From the NCBI GenBank assembly GCA_049840735.1, contig JASGJN010000020.1:672001-736000 (forward strand): a stretch of 64,000 bases of DNA, written 5' to 3'. This stretch comes from Anaeromyxobacter sp. (GTDB lineage: Bacteria > Myxococcota > Myxococcia > Myxococcales > Anaeromyxobacteraceae). A model generated the notes under the pieces. It saw nothing but the letters and a program-made list of their open reading frames with translations, was not told the DNA's origin and did not search any database. Below, piece by piece: positions 8,349 to 19,690 of this stretch (position 1 is the stretch's first letter; each line of letters begins with the position of its first letter). The position numbers and the translations under genes are program-made.

Positions 8349-10187
8349 GTGACACCGACGCCCGAGCCGCCGCTCCCCGCCGTCTCGGCCAGCCCCGAGG
8401 CGCTGGTCGGGTTCTGCGTGCATGCCGCCGAGGCGCTGGACGCCGCCGACCTGGCGCTGATCGCGTGGGAGTACGACCAGGAGCGGCAGGACCTGCCCAC
8501 CCTGCTGAAGGAGACCTACGAGTCGCTGCGGGCCCGGTCGATGGCGCTGGGGCTCGAGGGCGTGGCCTCGGTGGGACGGCTCTCCCACGGCGTGGTGACG
8601 GCCTGGAACGACCTGCGCCTGCCGCTCTCCGGCGGCGTGATGGACACGCTCTACGAGTCGGTGGCCTGCCTCCGCGGCTTCCTGGTCGGCGTCTACGCGC
8701 ACCTGGAGGGCGGCGAGCCGCTGGCCGCCACCACCCCCCGCTGCGAGCGGGTGGCCAGGAGCCTGCGGAGCATCCTCGACGGTGAGCCGGCCGTGGACGC
8801 CCCCCTCCCGCCGGTCGAGCCGGGCCAGCGGGTGGGCGAGATCCTGGTCTCGACCTTCGACGTGCCGGAGAGCGCCATCGAGCGGGCGCTGCAGGGACAG
8901 GTCAGGTCCGGGCGGCGCCTGGGCGAGGAGCTGGTGGCCTCGCACCTGGTCGAGGCGTCGGTGGTGGCCCGCGCGCTCCGCGCCCAGGCGCTGGTGGCGA
9001 GGAACAGCGACGCCGGGGCCCTCGCCGAGACCGTCAAGGTGGACCTGCGCCGCCTCGACGGGCTGATGGAGGCGCTGGGCGAGCTGGTGGTGGTGGAGTC
9101 CACCATGCGCAACGTGGGCGAGTTCCGCCAGGCGCAGTCCGAGGCCGCGCGCCGCTGCCTGTCCCAGCTGGCCAAGATCACCCGCGAGCTGACCGACGCC
9201 GGGACCCGCCTCCGGCTCCACCCGGCGCACGAGCTGTTCAGCCGCGTGCTGCGGACCGTCCGCGAGACCGGCCGGCGCACCGGCCGCTCCGTCACCCTGG
9301 ACCTCCAGGGCCAGGCCACCGAGGTGGACCGGCTGGTCGTCGAGCAGCTGACCGAGCCGGTGCTGGCGCTGGTCCGGGCGGCCGTCGCCTACGGCGTGGA
9401 GCCCCGCGACGAGCGGGAGCGGATCCACAAGCCCTCCCGCGGCACGGTGCAGCTGCGGGCCCGCACCGAGGCGGGCAACGTGGTGCTGGAGATCTCCGAC
9501 GACGGCGCCGGGATCGAGCGGGAGGCGCTGCTGCGCGCCGTGGGCGAGCGCGGGCTGGCGCTACCCCCCGGGGCGCGCGACTGGCCGCTGGAGACGCTGC
9601 TCTGCCACCCCGGCGTCTGGCCGCCACCCGGCGACCCCGACGGCGCCGGGGCGCTGCTGCCCTTGGATCAGGTCAAGGCGCGCGTGACCGCGCTGCGCGG
9701 GCGGATGACCGTCCAGAGCACGCCGGGCCAGGGCACCACCTTCCAGCTGGTGCTGCCGCTCACCCTCACCACCCTCGACGCCATGCTGGTGGCGTGCGGC
9801 CGCGAGCGCTTCCTCATCCCCACGCTGTCGGTGGTCGAGTCCATCCGCCCCACCGCCGGGATGGTGGCCACGCAGGCCGGGCGCACCGAGGTCCTCTCTC
9901 TGCGCGGCTCGGTCCTGCCGCTGGTGCGGCTCTCGAAGGTGCTGGAGGTGGAGGGCGCCCGCGGCGAGCCCACCGACGCGCTGGTGGTGGTGGTGGAGCT
10001 GGAGGGCGCGCGCCTCGGGCTGCTGGTGGACGACGTGGTGGCCCAGCAGCACGTGGTCATCAAGCCGCTGGGCGAGGGGATGGGCCGCCTGGCCCACTAC
10101 TCCGGCGCCGGCATCCACGGCGACGGCCAGATCGGCCTCATCCTCGACGTGCGCGCGCTGTTCAAGGACCGGCGGGGAAGCCCGTAG
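8349..10187 (+). CDS. CheA-like protein with degenerate Hpt and ATPase motifs, tandem MshEN-like motifs and CheW-like (P5) domain
   Basis: GGAGGG RBS before GTG 8349; TVKVDLRRLDGLMEALGELVV, ISDDGAGI, GTTFQLVLPLTL, LVDDVVAQQHVVIKPLG, GDGQIGLILDV. Confidence 0.85.
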   Translation: MTPTPEPPLPAVSASPEALVGFCVHAAEALDAADLALIAWEYDQERQDLPTLLKETYESLRARSMALGLEGVASVGRLSHGVVTAWNDLRLPLSGGVMDTLYESVACLRGFLVGVYAHLEGGEPLAATTPRCERVARSLRSILDGEPAVDAPLPPVEPGQRVGEILVSTFDVPESAIERALQGQVRSGRRLGEELVASHLVEASVVARALRAQALVARNSDAGALAETVKVDLRRLDGLMEALGELVVVESTMRNVGEFRQAQSEAARRCLSQLAKITRELTDAGTRLRLHPAHELFSRVLRTVRETGRRTGRSVTLDLQGQATEVDRLVVEQLTEPVLALVRAAVAYGVEPRDERERIHKPSRGTVQLRARTEAGNVVLEISDDGAGIEREALLRAVGERGLALPPGARDWPLETLLCHPGVWPPPGDPDGAGALLPLDQVKARVTALRGRMTVQSTPGQGTTFQLVLPLTLTTLDAMLVACGRERFLIPTLSVVESIRPTAGMVATQAGRTEVLSLRGSVLPLVRLSKVLEVEGARGEPTDALVVVVELEGARLGLLVDDVVAQQHVVIKPLGEGMGRLAHYSGAGIHGDGQIGLILDVRALFKDRRGSP

Positions 10188-10291
10188 CCGGCCGCGACCC
10201 CGTCTCGCGACGTCCCCTCCCGTCGTTCACCCCGGGGAGGTAACACCACAGACCTGCTCCACCCTCCCCCGCCCGGCGCATGCTCCGCCGC

Positions 10292-12415
10292 ATGAAGCAG
10301 ATCGTGAGCATCAGCCTGGGCGCGAGCGCCGGCGACTACGACTTCACCACCACCTTCCTCGGCCAGTCCTTCCGGATCCGGCGCTTCGGCACCGACCACG
10401 ACCTGGCCCGGGCGCACGCGCTGCTGGCGCGCTGGCAGGGCGAGTGCGACGCCATCGGCCTGGGGCGCGTCAGCGACCACCAGCTGGTCGGCGCGCACCG
10501 CCTGGAGGACTCCACCACCGCCGCGCTGGAAGCGGCGGTCAGCGAGGTCCCGGTCACGACCGGCGCGCGGCTGCGCTCGGTGCTGGACGAGTGGGCCCTC
10601 CGGCACATCCAGTCCCAGGAGCGCCAGTACTTCACCAACGCGCGGGTGCTGTTCCTGTCCGGCCTGGACGACTACCGCATCGCGCAGGTGCTGGCCGAGT
10701 ACACCGGCAACATGCGCTTCGCGGACCCGCTGCTGCAGCTGGGCGTCCCCAAGCTGCTCGGCTCGCTCTCCGAGCTGGAGACCTACGCCGGCCTCACCGC
10801 GCGGGCCCAGCGCTACCTGCCCCGCCCGCAGCTCGACGCGAGCCCGGACCTGCGCGCGGCCTGGAACCGGCTGGTGCTGCGCAAGGCGCTGCAGAAGGCC
10901 TCGGTGATCGTGGCGCCGCACTGGGACCTGACCGGGTTCGGGCTGGAGGAGCTGGGCGGCAAGGTGGTGCTCACCTCGGCCGTGCCGGACGAGTGGCTCA
11001 AGCGGCTGGGCGAGCGCGGCGTGGACGTGGTCATCGACCGGACCCCGCAGCTGCTGGAGCGCGTGGTGGGGCTCAACGTGCTGGAGGCGCTCATCATCGC
11101 GGCGCTGGACAAGCGCTCGCGCGACGACGTGCTCCACGACGACTACCTGGAGCTGTTCGGCTCCATGGCGCTCGAGCCGCGGATCCTCTTCCCCTCCGGC
11201 CGGACCCGCCGCGTGAACCGGTTCGCCTTCGTGATCGACCCGCTCTCCAAGGAGTACCTGAAGACCGTCAAGGCGGTGGACCTGGTGTCGCGGGTGGCGC
11301 CGGCCCCGGTGATGAACGCGCTGGAGAAGCTGATCGCCTATTCGCCCCCCTTCGTCTACTCGCACGTCACCGGCATCCGCTCCCCCACCGGCGTGGAGGC
11401 CGAGGGCTGGCTCATCACGGTAGGCGGCACGCCCAAGGAGCTCTTGGCCCACAGCCCGGAGTTCACCTACCGGCGGCTGCTGGACGCCGCCCGCATGGCG
11501 GAGCGGCTGGGCGCGCAGATCATGGGGCTGGGCGCCTTCACCAAGGTGGTGGGCGACGCCGGCGTGACCGTGGCGCGACGGGCCCGCATCCCCATCACCA
11601 CCGGCAACAGCTACAGCGCCTCGGGCGCGCTCTGGGCGGCGTCCGACGCGGTGAAGCGGATGGGGCTCCTGCACCGCAACGGCGGCGGGAAGGTGGCCGG
11701 CAAGGCCATGGTGGTCGGCGCCACCGGCGCCATCGGCTCGGTCTGCGCCCGCCTGCTGGCCATGGCCTTCGAGGAGGTCTACCTCGTGTCGCCGGAGCTG
11801 GCCAAGCTGCTCACGGTCAAGGAGACCATCCTGGCCGCCACGCCCGGCGCGCGCGTGCACCTCTCCAGCAAGGCCGGCGAGAACCTGCGCGACATGGACG
11901 TGATCGTCACCGCCACCTCCGGCGCCGGGAAGAAGATCCTGGACATCATGAAGGTCAAGCCCGGCTGCGTGATCACCGACGTGGCGCGCCCGCTCGACCT
12001 GCCGCCCTCCGAGGTGGCCAAGCGCCCCGACGTGCTGGTCATCGAGTCGGGCGAGATCCAGCTCCCGGGCGAGGTGCGGATGCGCGACATCGGGCTGCCG
12101 AAGGGGGTCGCCTACGCCTGCCTGGCCGAGACCATCGTGCTGGCGCTGGAGGGGCGCTTCGAGACCTTCACGGTCGGTCGCAACATCCAGTGGGAGAAGG
12201 TGAAGGAGATTTACAAGCTGGGCCTCAGGCACGGCATGCGGCTGGCGGCCATCTCCGGCGTGAACGGCGTCTTCTCCGACGCCGACATCCAGCGCGTCCG
12301 GGAGCTGGCGCTCCAGGCGCGGGCCGGAGCGACCGGACAGGACCCGGCCCAGACCCCGCCGCCCGCGGCGGTGACCCAGCCCGCGGGTGAACGGCTGGCC
12401 GCCGCCAGCCCCTGA
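10292..12415 (+). CDS. Two-domain oxidoreductase: uncharacterised N-terminal domain fused to an acyl-ACP-reductase-like (COG5322-type) Rossmann domain
   Basis: GLGAFTKVVG, ITTGNSYS, VVGATGAIGSVCARLL, AYACLAET, GRNI..GLRHG. Alternative start at 10280. Confidence 0.75.
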   Translation: MKQIVSISLGASAGDYDFTTTFLGQSFRIRRFGTDHDLARAHALLARWQGECDAIGLGRVSDHQLVGAHRLEDSTTAALEAAVSEVPVTTGARLRSVLDEWALRHIQSQERQYFTNARVLFLSGLDDYRIAQVLAEYTGNMRFADPLLQLGVPKLLGSLSELETYAGLTARAQRYLPRPQLDASPDLRAAWNRLVLRKALQKASVIVAPHWDLTGFGLEELGGKVVLTSAVPDEWLKRLGERGVDVVIDRTPQLLERVVGLNVLEALIIAALDKRSRDDVLHDDYLELFGSMALEPRILFPSGRTRRVNRFAFVIDPLSKEYLKTVKAVDLVSRVAPAPVMNALEKLIAYSPPFVYSHVTGIRSPTGVEAEGWLITVGGTPKELLAHSPEFTYRRLLDAARMAERLGAQIMGLGAFTKVVGDAGVTVARRARIPITTGNSYSASGALWAASDAVKRMGLLHRNGGGKVAGKAMVVGATGAIGSVCARLLAMAFEEVYLVSPELAKLLTVKETILAATPGARVHLSSKAGENLRDMDVIVTATSGAGKKILDIMKVKPGCVITDVARPLDLPPSEVAKRPDVLVIESGEIQLPGEVRMRDIGLPKGVAYACLAETIVLALEGRFETFTVGRNIQWEKVKEIYKLGLRHGMRLAAISGVNGVFSDADIQRVRELALQARAGATGQDPAQTPPPAAVTQPAGERLAAASP

Positions 12416-12508
12416 CGTCCGCCGCGCCAGCACCTCCGCCGCACCCCGGAGTGTTCACCCGGAGGAACGATGGACCGGCGGTGAACCGTCCGGTTCACTG
12501 GGCGGACC

Positions 12509-14873
<2,365 letters not shown>

Positions 14874-15027
14874 GCGCTGCTACCGCGCGCGCGTCCTTCG
14901 CCTCCGCGACCGTGCGCGGGCGCCACGCCCAGGACCCGACCGGGCACACCGGCAGTGCGGGTTGCGAACGGGCGGGCCGCCCCCTATCTGCCATGGCTGC
15001 CTGGCCGGCGCCGGGCGGGAGGCGGAC

Positions 15028-15336
15028 ATGGCCGAAGGGACGAAGGCGGGCGAGGCGCGGCGCACGGCGGCGGCGGGGCTGGGCTCGATGGGCAAGGGCG
15101 TGCAGGCCGCGGTCGATTACTTCGAAGGCACCACGCAGGCCGTCGCCGACGGCGTGCGCACCTTCCAGGACCGCTTCGAGATGAAGAGCATCCTGGACCC
15201 GGGCGCCGAGACCGGGCTGGTGGGGGCGCTCCTCACCGGCTACGCCCGCTACTTCGAGGGAATGGCCAAGGTCTCCTCCCAGGCGGCCGACAAGTTCAAG
15301 GCCGGCGAGGGGCAGAAGGCCGGCGAGGCGCGGTGA
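15028..15336 (+). CDS. Small hypothetical protein (102 aa, predicted helical)
   Basis: GGAGG RBS, typical codon usage, stop overlaps the next start (GTGA). Confidence 0.7.
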   Translation: MAEGTKAGEARRTAAAGLGSMGKGVQAAVDYFEGTTQAVADGVRTFQDRFEMKSILDPGAETGLVGALLTGYARYFEGMAKVSSQAADKFKAGEGQKAGEAR

Positions 15337-16550
15337 GCGCCCGCCCCTACCCCTACGCATTCCACGTCGCGCTGGACGGCAACGGGCTCAACGGGCTCGA
15401 GGGCATGGCCGGGGTCTGTCTGTTCCTCTACGACCCCGAGGATCACCGCTACGCCTACAAGGTGAAGTACTACGACGGCGTCTCGGCCGGCCACGCGGTG
15501 AGCGTCAACCCGGACCGCACCGTGGGCTTCCTGGGCAACGCCGGGCAGCAGCTGCTCTTCTACGACGCCCGCACGCTGGAGGAGCTGCAGCGCGTCTCCA
15601 CGCTGCGCTTCGAGGCCAGCGAGACCACGCTGCGCGGCTCCACCCACGTGGTCTGGCTCGACGCCCACCGCTTCATCACCGCCATCGGCGCGCACCTCTG
15701 GCTGCTGGACCTGCGCGACCTGTCGCGCGGCGAGCGGCTGGCGCCGCACCGGGTGCGCCTGCCGCACGGGATGAAGAAGACCGCCTCCGGGCGATGGGTG
15801 GCCTACGGGTCGATGGACCACCCGCACCTGGGCGAGGCGCGCGAGGTGGGGCTGCTCGACCTCGGAACCGGCGAGACGCGCCGGGTGGAGCTGCCCACCA
15901 CCTGCTGGCACCTGGCCTGCCATCCGCGCCGCGACGTCTTCTACCCGATCTCCTTCCGCGTCCACCCGCAGGGCGGCCGGGACTGGCACGAGTGGGCCAT
16001 GGCCTTCCTGAAGGAGTACGCCTACGAGATCGACGCCGGGACCGGGCAGGTGCTCCGGCACTGGAGCGCCGGCCGGGAGACGCCGGCGCACATCAACTCC
16101 GACGTCTGCGTCTCGGATCGCGAGCTGATCTTCTGCAATGGTGGCAGCCAGACGGTGGTCTGCGTGGACCTGGAGACGCTGGCCTCGCACCGGCTCATCG
16201 ACGAGCGGCCCGGGGCGCTCGAGACGCTGGCCCGGCCCAGGCAGGTGGCGACGCAGGTGTTCGACGCCTTCGCGCGCGGCGGCGTGTTCGAGAGCGCGCG
16301 CCACTTCGTGGGCGCGCTGCGGGTGAGCCGGGGCTCGCTGCTCGACTCCGTCTACGCCTGCCAGCTCTCGCGGGATCAGCGGCTGCTGTTCACGGCGAAC
16401 CGAGGGCTGAACCACGTCACCGTCTACGACTACCCGTCGCTGACGCTGAGGTTGAGGGTGCCGATGCCGGGGCTGCAGGCGTTCGCGCCGGGAGTGGGGA
16501 AGGCGGCGGATCCGAGGCTGGGGTTCCATCACAGCGTGCTGGTCGGGTGA
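15333..16550 (+). CDS. Hypothetical beta-propeller-like protein
   Basis: Repeated blade-like segments (HAVSVNPD..GFLGN, PHGMKKTASG, CQLSRDQRLLFTANRGLNHVTVYD); translationally coupled to the upstream gene. Confidence 0.7.
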   Translation: MSARPYPYAFHVALDGNGLNGLEGMAGVCLFLYDPEDHRYAYKVKYYDGVSAGHAVSVNPDRTVGFLGNAGQQLLFYDARTLEELQRVSTLRFEASETTLRGSTHVVWLDAHRFITAIGAHLWLLDLRDLSRGERLAPHRVRLPHGMKKTASGRWVAYGSMDHPHLGEAREVGLLDLGTGETRRVELPTTCWHLACHPRRDVFYPISFRVHPQGGRDWHEWAMAFLKEYAYEIDAGTGQVLRHWSAGRETPAHINSDVCVSDRELIFCNGGSQTVVCVDLETLASHRLIDERPGALETLARPRQVATQVFDAFARGGVFESARHFVGALRVSRGSLLDSVYACQLSRDQRLLFTANRGLNHVTVYDYPSLTLRLRVPMPGLQAFAPGVGKAADPRLGFHHSVLVG

Positions 16551-16603
16551 CGGGGGCGGGCGGCGTTGACGGTGCCGGCGGGATGGTGCCGGTCGCGGGG
16601 ACG

Positions 16604-16676
16604 GGGCCGGTCGCGGGCCTGCCGGCGGGACAGGGCCGGTCGCGGGCCGGTCGCGGGCCTGCCGGCGGGACAGGGC
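16604..16676 (+). repeat. 33-bp direct repeat with 40-bp period
   Basis: GGGCCGGTCGCGGGCCTGCCGGCGGGACAGGGC at 16604-16636 and 16644-16676. Confidence 0.85.
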
Positions 16677-16873
16677 GCTGGGGTGGCCCCTGCCCCAGCG
16701 CCGCGGGCGGTGCCGTGCTGAGGGGAAGTGGTGCGGGGCTGGGGACGGGGTGGGGAGTGGGGTCGGGGTTCCAGACGGCGCGGGGGGCGGCGGTGAGGGT
16801 CCGGCGCGACGAGGGTCCGGCGAGGTGGGTCAGGTCATCCTTGTTTGCGCTCACTTGGAGTCCACTGCCAGTT

Positions 16874-16901
16874 ACTTTCGCCAGCGAATGCGCCCTTGGA
16901 G
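16874..16901 (+). repeat. Left copy of a direct repeat bracketing the HNH gene
   Basis: ACTTTCGCCAGCGAATGCGCCCTTGGAG; the last 21 nt are identical to 18546-18566. Confidence 0.9.
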
Positions 16902-17336
16902 GGAGGCGGGGCCGATGGGCGGGGGTGGGTGGGGCGGGCTGGGGGCGGGGCGAGGGGCGGCGGCGAGGGGCGGGGTCAGGTCATTGCTGATGTGGTTTCC
17001 GAACGCGTCACCAGTCGCTCGCGGTGAGCCTGTCGAACCGCGCGTCGAACGCGGTGATGCGAACGGTGGCAGGCACTTTCGCCGGCGGAAGCGACAGATG
17101 GGGCGTGTCGCAGTCTTCGCTTGACGTGAAATCGGCACAGGGCGCTCTCCGCGGTGCAGGGCCGCTGGGAATGGCTCTCCTGCAGCGCTCTCCGCTGCTG
17201 CTGGGGCGCGCGGGGAGGTGCGTGGGGGAGCGGAGATGGGCCCTCGAGATCTCGCCTCTGGCGAGCCGCCAGGGGCCTCGGCGAGCGGCCCGAAAACCGC
17301 GGTTACGATGGCTGCATCTGCTGGAGGTGCACGCCC

Positions 17337-18590
17337 ATGGCCGCTCGACTCGCTGCGCTGGACAACAGCTCCCTCGTCGCCCACGTGAAGTCGCTCGCTG
17401 CGGACGAGCGAGGGATCAAGGTCGACTCGCTGCTTGCGCTGGCGGAGGTGGAGCGGCGGAAGTTCTACCTGGACCTGGGCTATCCCTCTCTCTGGGCGTT
17501 CTGCCGGGAGGAGCTGCACCTCCCGGAAGGCGGCGCCTATCGCCGCATCGCGGCCATGCGGCTGCTGTCCCGCTTCCCCTCCCTCGAGACGCCGCTGCGC
17601 GAGGGGCGGCTCTCCCTCACCACGCTGGGCATGCTGCGCGAGGTGCTGACGGAGGAGAACCTGGAGGCGCTGGTCGGAGACGCGGCCTTCAAGTCGAAGG
17701 CCGAGGTGGAGCGGCTGGTCGTGACCATCCAGCCGCGCGAGGCGCCGAAGGACGGCGTGCGCCGCCTCTCCTCCTCCTCCTCGACCCCCGCGGCCTCCCA
17801 GCCTCGTCCGGTGGATCCAAAGGGTGTGACTGCACCGGCGAGCGCGCTGGTCGAGGCGGCTCCCGTCCGGCCTCAGGAACCGGCCGCTTCCACGGCGCCC
17901 ACCTTCGCGCTCTCGGCGCCCTGCCCCTCCCCCACCCGTCCCGAGCTCCACCCGGTCAACGCGGAGCAGTGGTCCATGCGCGTCACGCTCGACGAGGCGG
18001 CACACGCCGACCTCGAGACGCTTCGCGAGCTGCTCTCGCACAAGATCCCCGACGGCAACCTGGCCGACGTCCTCAAGGAGGCGCTCCGCTGCGCGGTCGA
18101 GAAGCACGCGAAGCGAAAGGGTGCGGTCGAGCTGGCCAGGGGGCCTGCGCCCGCGGCTTCGGCACCCCAGGCCTCCGCGCAGTCTGATACCCCGGCGCCG
18201 GCGGCGGTGTGCGAGCTCGCTCCGGTTCCGGCCTGCCCCGCCGACCCGCTTCCGCTCTTCGCCACTGCCTACCGCTTCGACCCTCGCACCGTCACGGCCG
18301 ACGTCCGGCGCGCGGTCTGGGCGCGCGACGGCGGCTGCTGCTCCTACGTCTCCACGGACGGGCGCCGCTGCTCCAGCCGCTGGCAGCTGGAGCTGGACCA
18401 CATCGACCCGGAGGCGATGGGTGGACCGCCGACCCTCCCCAATCTTCGGCTGCGCTGCCGGGGTCATAACCTCTGGGCGGCGGTGCAGGCGTTCGGGCGC
18501 GAGCACATGGCCGCCTTCGTCCCCTCCCTCTCCCTTTCACTTCCTCCAGCGAATGCGCCCTTGGAGTGTGACGACCGGCCGGGCCGGTAA
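17337..18590 (+). CDS. HNH endonuclease with DUF222-like N-terminal region
   Basis: GGAGG RBS; LAEVERRKFYLDLGYPSLWAFC..AYRRIAA; RRAVWARDGGCCSY..RC..LELDHI..GG..NLRLRCRGHN. Confidence 0.88.
   Translation: MAARLAALDNSSLVAHVKSLAADERGIKVDSLLALAEVERRKFYLDLGYPSLWAFCREELHLPEGGAYRRIAAMRLLSRFPSLETPLREGRLSLTTLGMLREVLTEENLEALVGDAAFKSKAEVERLVVTIQPREAPKDGVRRLSSSSSTPAASQPRPVDPKGVTAPASALVEAAPVRPQEPAASTAPTFALSAPCPSPTRPELHPVNAEQWSMRVTLDEAAHADLETLRELLSHKIPDGNLADVLKEALRCAVEKHAKRKGAVELARGPAPAASAPQASAQSDTPAPAAVCELAPVPACPADPLPLFATAYRFDPRTVTADVRRAVWARDGGCCSYVSTDGRRCSSRWQLELDHIDPEAMGGPPTLPNLRLRCRGHNLWAAVQAFGREHMAAFVPSLSLSLPPANAPLECDDRPGR
18539..18566 (+). repeat. Right copy of the direct repeat, inside the 3' end of the HNH ORF
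   Basis: ACTTCCTCCAGCGAATGCGCCCTTGGAG, 26/28 identical to 16874-16901. Confidence 0.9.
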
Positions 18591-18628
18591 CGCACCCCGT
18601 GCGTCCTCCTCCGGCCGGGCAGGTGACC

Positions 18629-19690
18629 TCACGCGGCCCGCGCGTCCTCCTCCGCCAGCACGGCCAGCACCTCCGGCGACGGCGCCAGCGTGAGGCGCAG
18701 CGTGCGGGTCATGTGCGGGCTCCGGAGCAGCCAGGCCACCGCCTCGGCCAGGGCGCGCCGCGCCGGCCGCGGGGACCAGCCCAGCGCCGCCAGGCGGGCG
18801 TGGTCGTACCAGTAGAACCGCCCGACGGTGCGCGCCTGGTCCCTCGTCACCAGCGGCCGCGTCCCGCTGAGCCTGGCCCAGGCCTCCGCGGTGGTGGCCG
18901 CCAGCAGCGAGGAGAGGTGCCCGGCGTGCAGCCGCGGGCCGCCCACGCCGGACAGCTCGCCGACGATCCGGTGCAGCAGCGCCCACTCGAGGTTCTCGCT
19001 GCCGGCCAGGTAGCGCTGGCCGGGCTCGCCGCGCTCGGCGGCCAGGACGTGCGCGGCGGCCACGTCGCGGACGTGGACCACGTTGCAGCCGCCGGGGAAG
19101 GTGGTCCGCAGCGGGTCGCGCAGGTAGTCGAGGAGCACCGCGGTGCTGGGCACGACCTTGAGATCGTGCGGCCCCACGGTGATGGTGGGCAGCACCGCCA
19201 CCACCTCCACCCCCAGCTCGCGCCCGGCCTCGAAGGCTTCCCGCTCCTGCGCGGCCTTGACGTGGAAGTAGGGCGGCGCCGGCTCCTCCTCCGGCAGCTC
19301 GCAGGCCTCGTCCCGCGGCACGGTGGTGGTGCTGGAGCCGAGCGCCACCGAGGAGGACGTCACCACCACCCGGCGCACGCCGGCGGCGGCCGCCGCCTCC
19401 AGCACGTGGCGCGTGCCGTCCACCGCCACGGCGCGCAGCGGCTCCGCCGCCACGCCGGAGTAGGCGAAGACCGCGGCGGCGTGGAAGACCACCTCCTGGC
19501 CCCGGGAGGCGGCCGCCAGCGAGGCCGGCTCCAGCACGTCGCCCACGGCCTGCTCCACCGGCACGCCCGCCAGCGCGCGCAGGTCGGCGCCGGGGCGGAC
19601 CAGCGCCCGCACCGCGTGCCCGCCGGCCACGAGCTCGCGGACCAGGTTGGAGCCCACGAACCCGTTCGCGCCCGTGACCAGCGCCTTCAC
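18629..19690 (-). CDS. NAD-dependent epimerase/dehydratase (dihydroflavonol reductase/HpnA-like SDR)
   Basis: KALVTGANGFVGSNL, VFHAAA, VVTSS, YFHVK (YxxxK), NVVHVRDVAAAH. GTG overlaps the upstream stop. Confidence 0.88.
   Translation of the reverse strand: MKALVTGANGFVGSNLVRELVAGGHAVRALVRPGADLRALAGVPVEQAVGDVLEPASLAAASRGQEVVFHAAAVFAYSGVAAEPLRAVAVDGTRHVLEAAAAAGVRRVVVTSSSVALGSSTTTVPRDEACELPEEEPAPPYFHVKAAQEREAFEAGRELGVEVVAVLPTITVGPHDLKVVPSTAVLLDYLRDPLRTTFPGGCNVVHVRDVAAAHVLAAERGEPGQRYLAGSENLEWALLHRIVGELSGVGGPRLHAGHLSSLLAATTAEAWARLSGTRPLVTRDQARTVGRFYWYDHARLAALGWSPRPARRALAEAVAWLLRSPHMTRTLRLTLAPSPEVLAVLAEEDARAA

Noticed and set aside
16600..17100. CRISPR array
   Set aside because: Only 2-3 degenerate copies per motif, irregular spacing and no cas genes.
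17337..18590. IscB/Cas9-like RNA-guided nuclease
   Set aside because: No PLMP motif or recognisable RuvC segments; the HNH is C-terminal behind a DUF222-like region.
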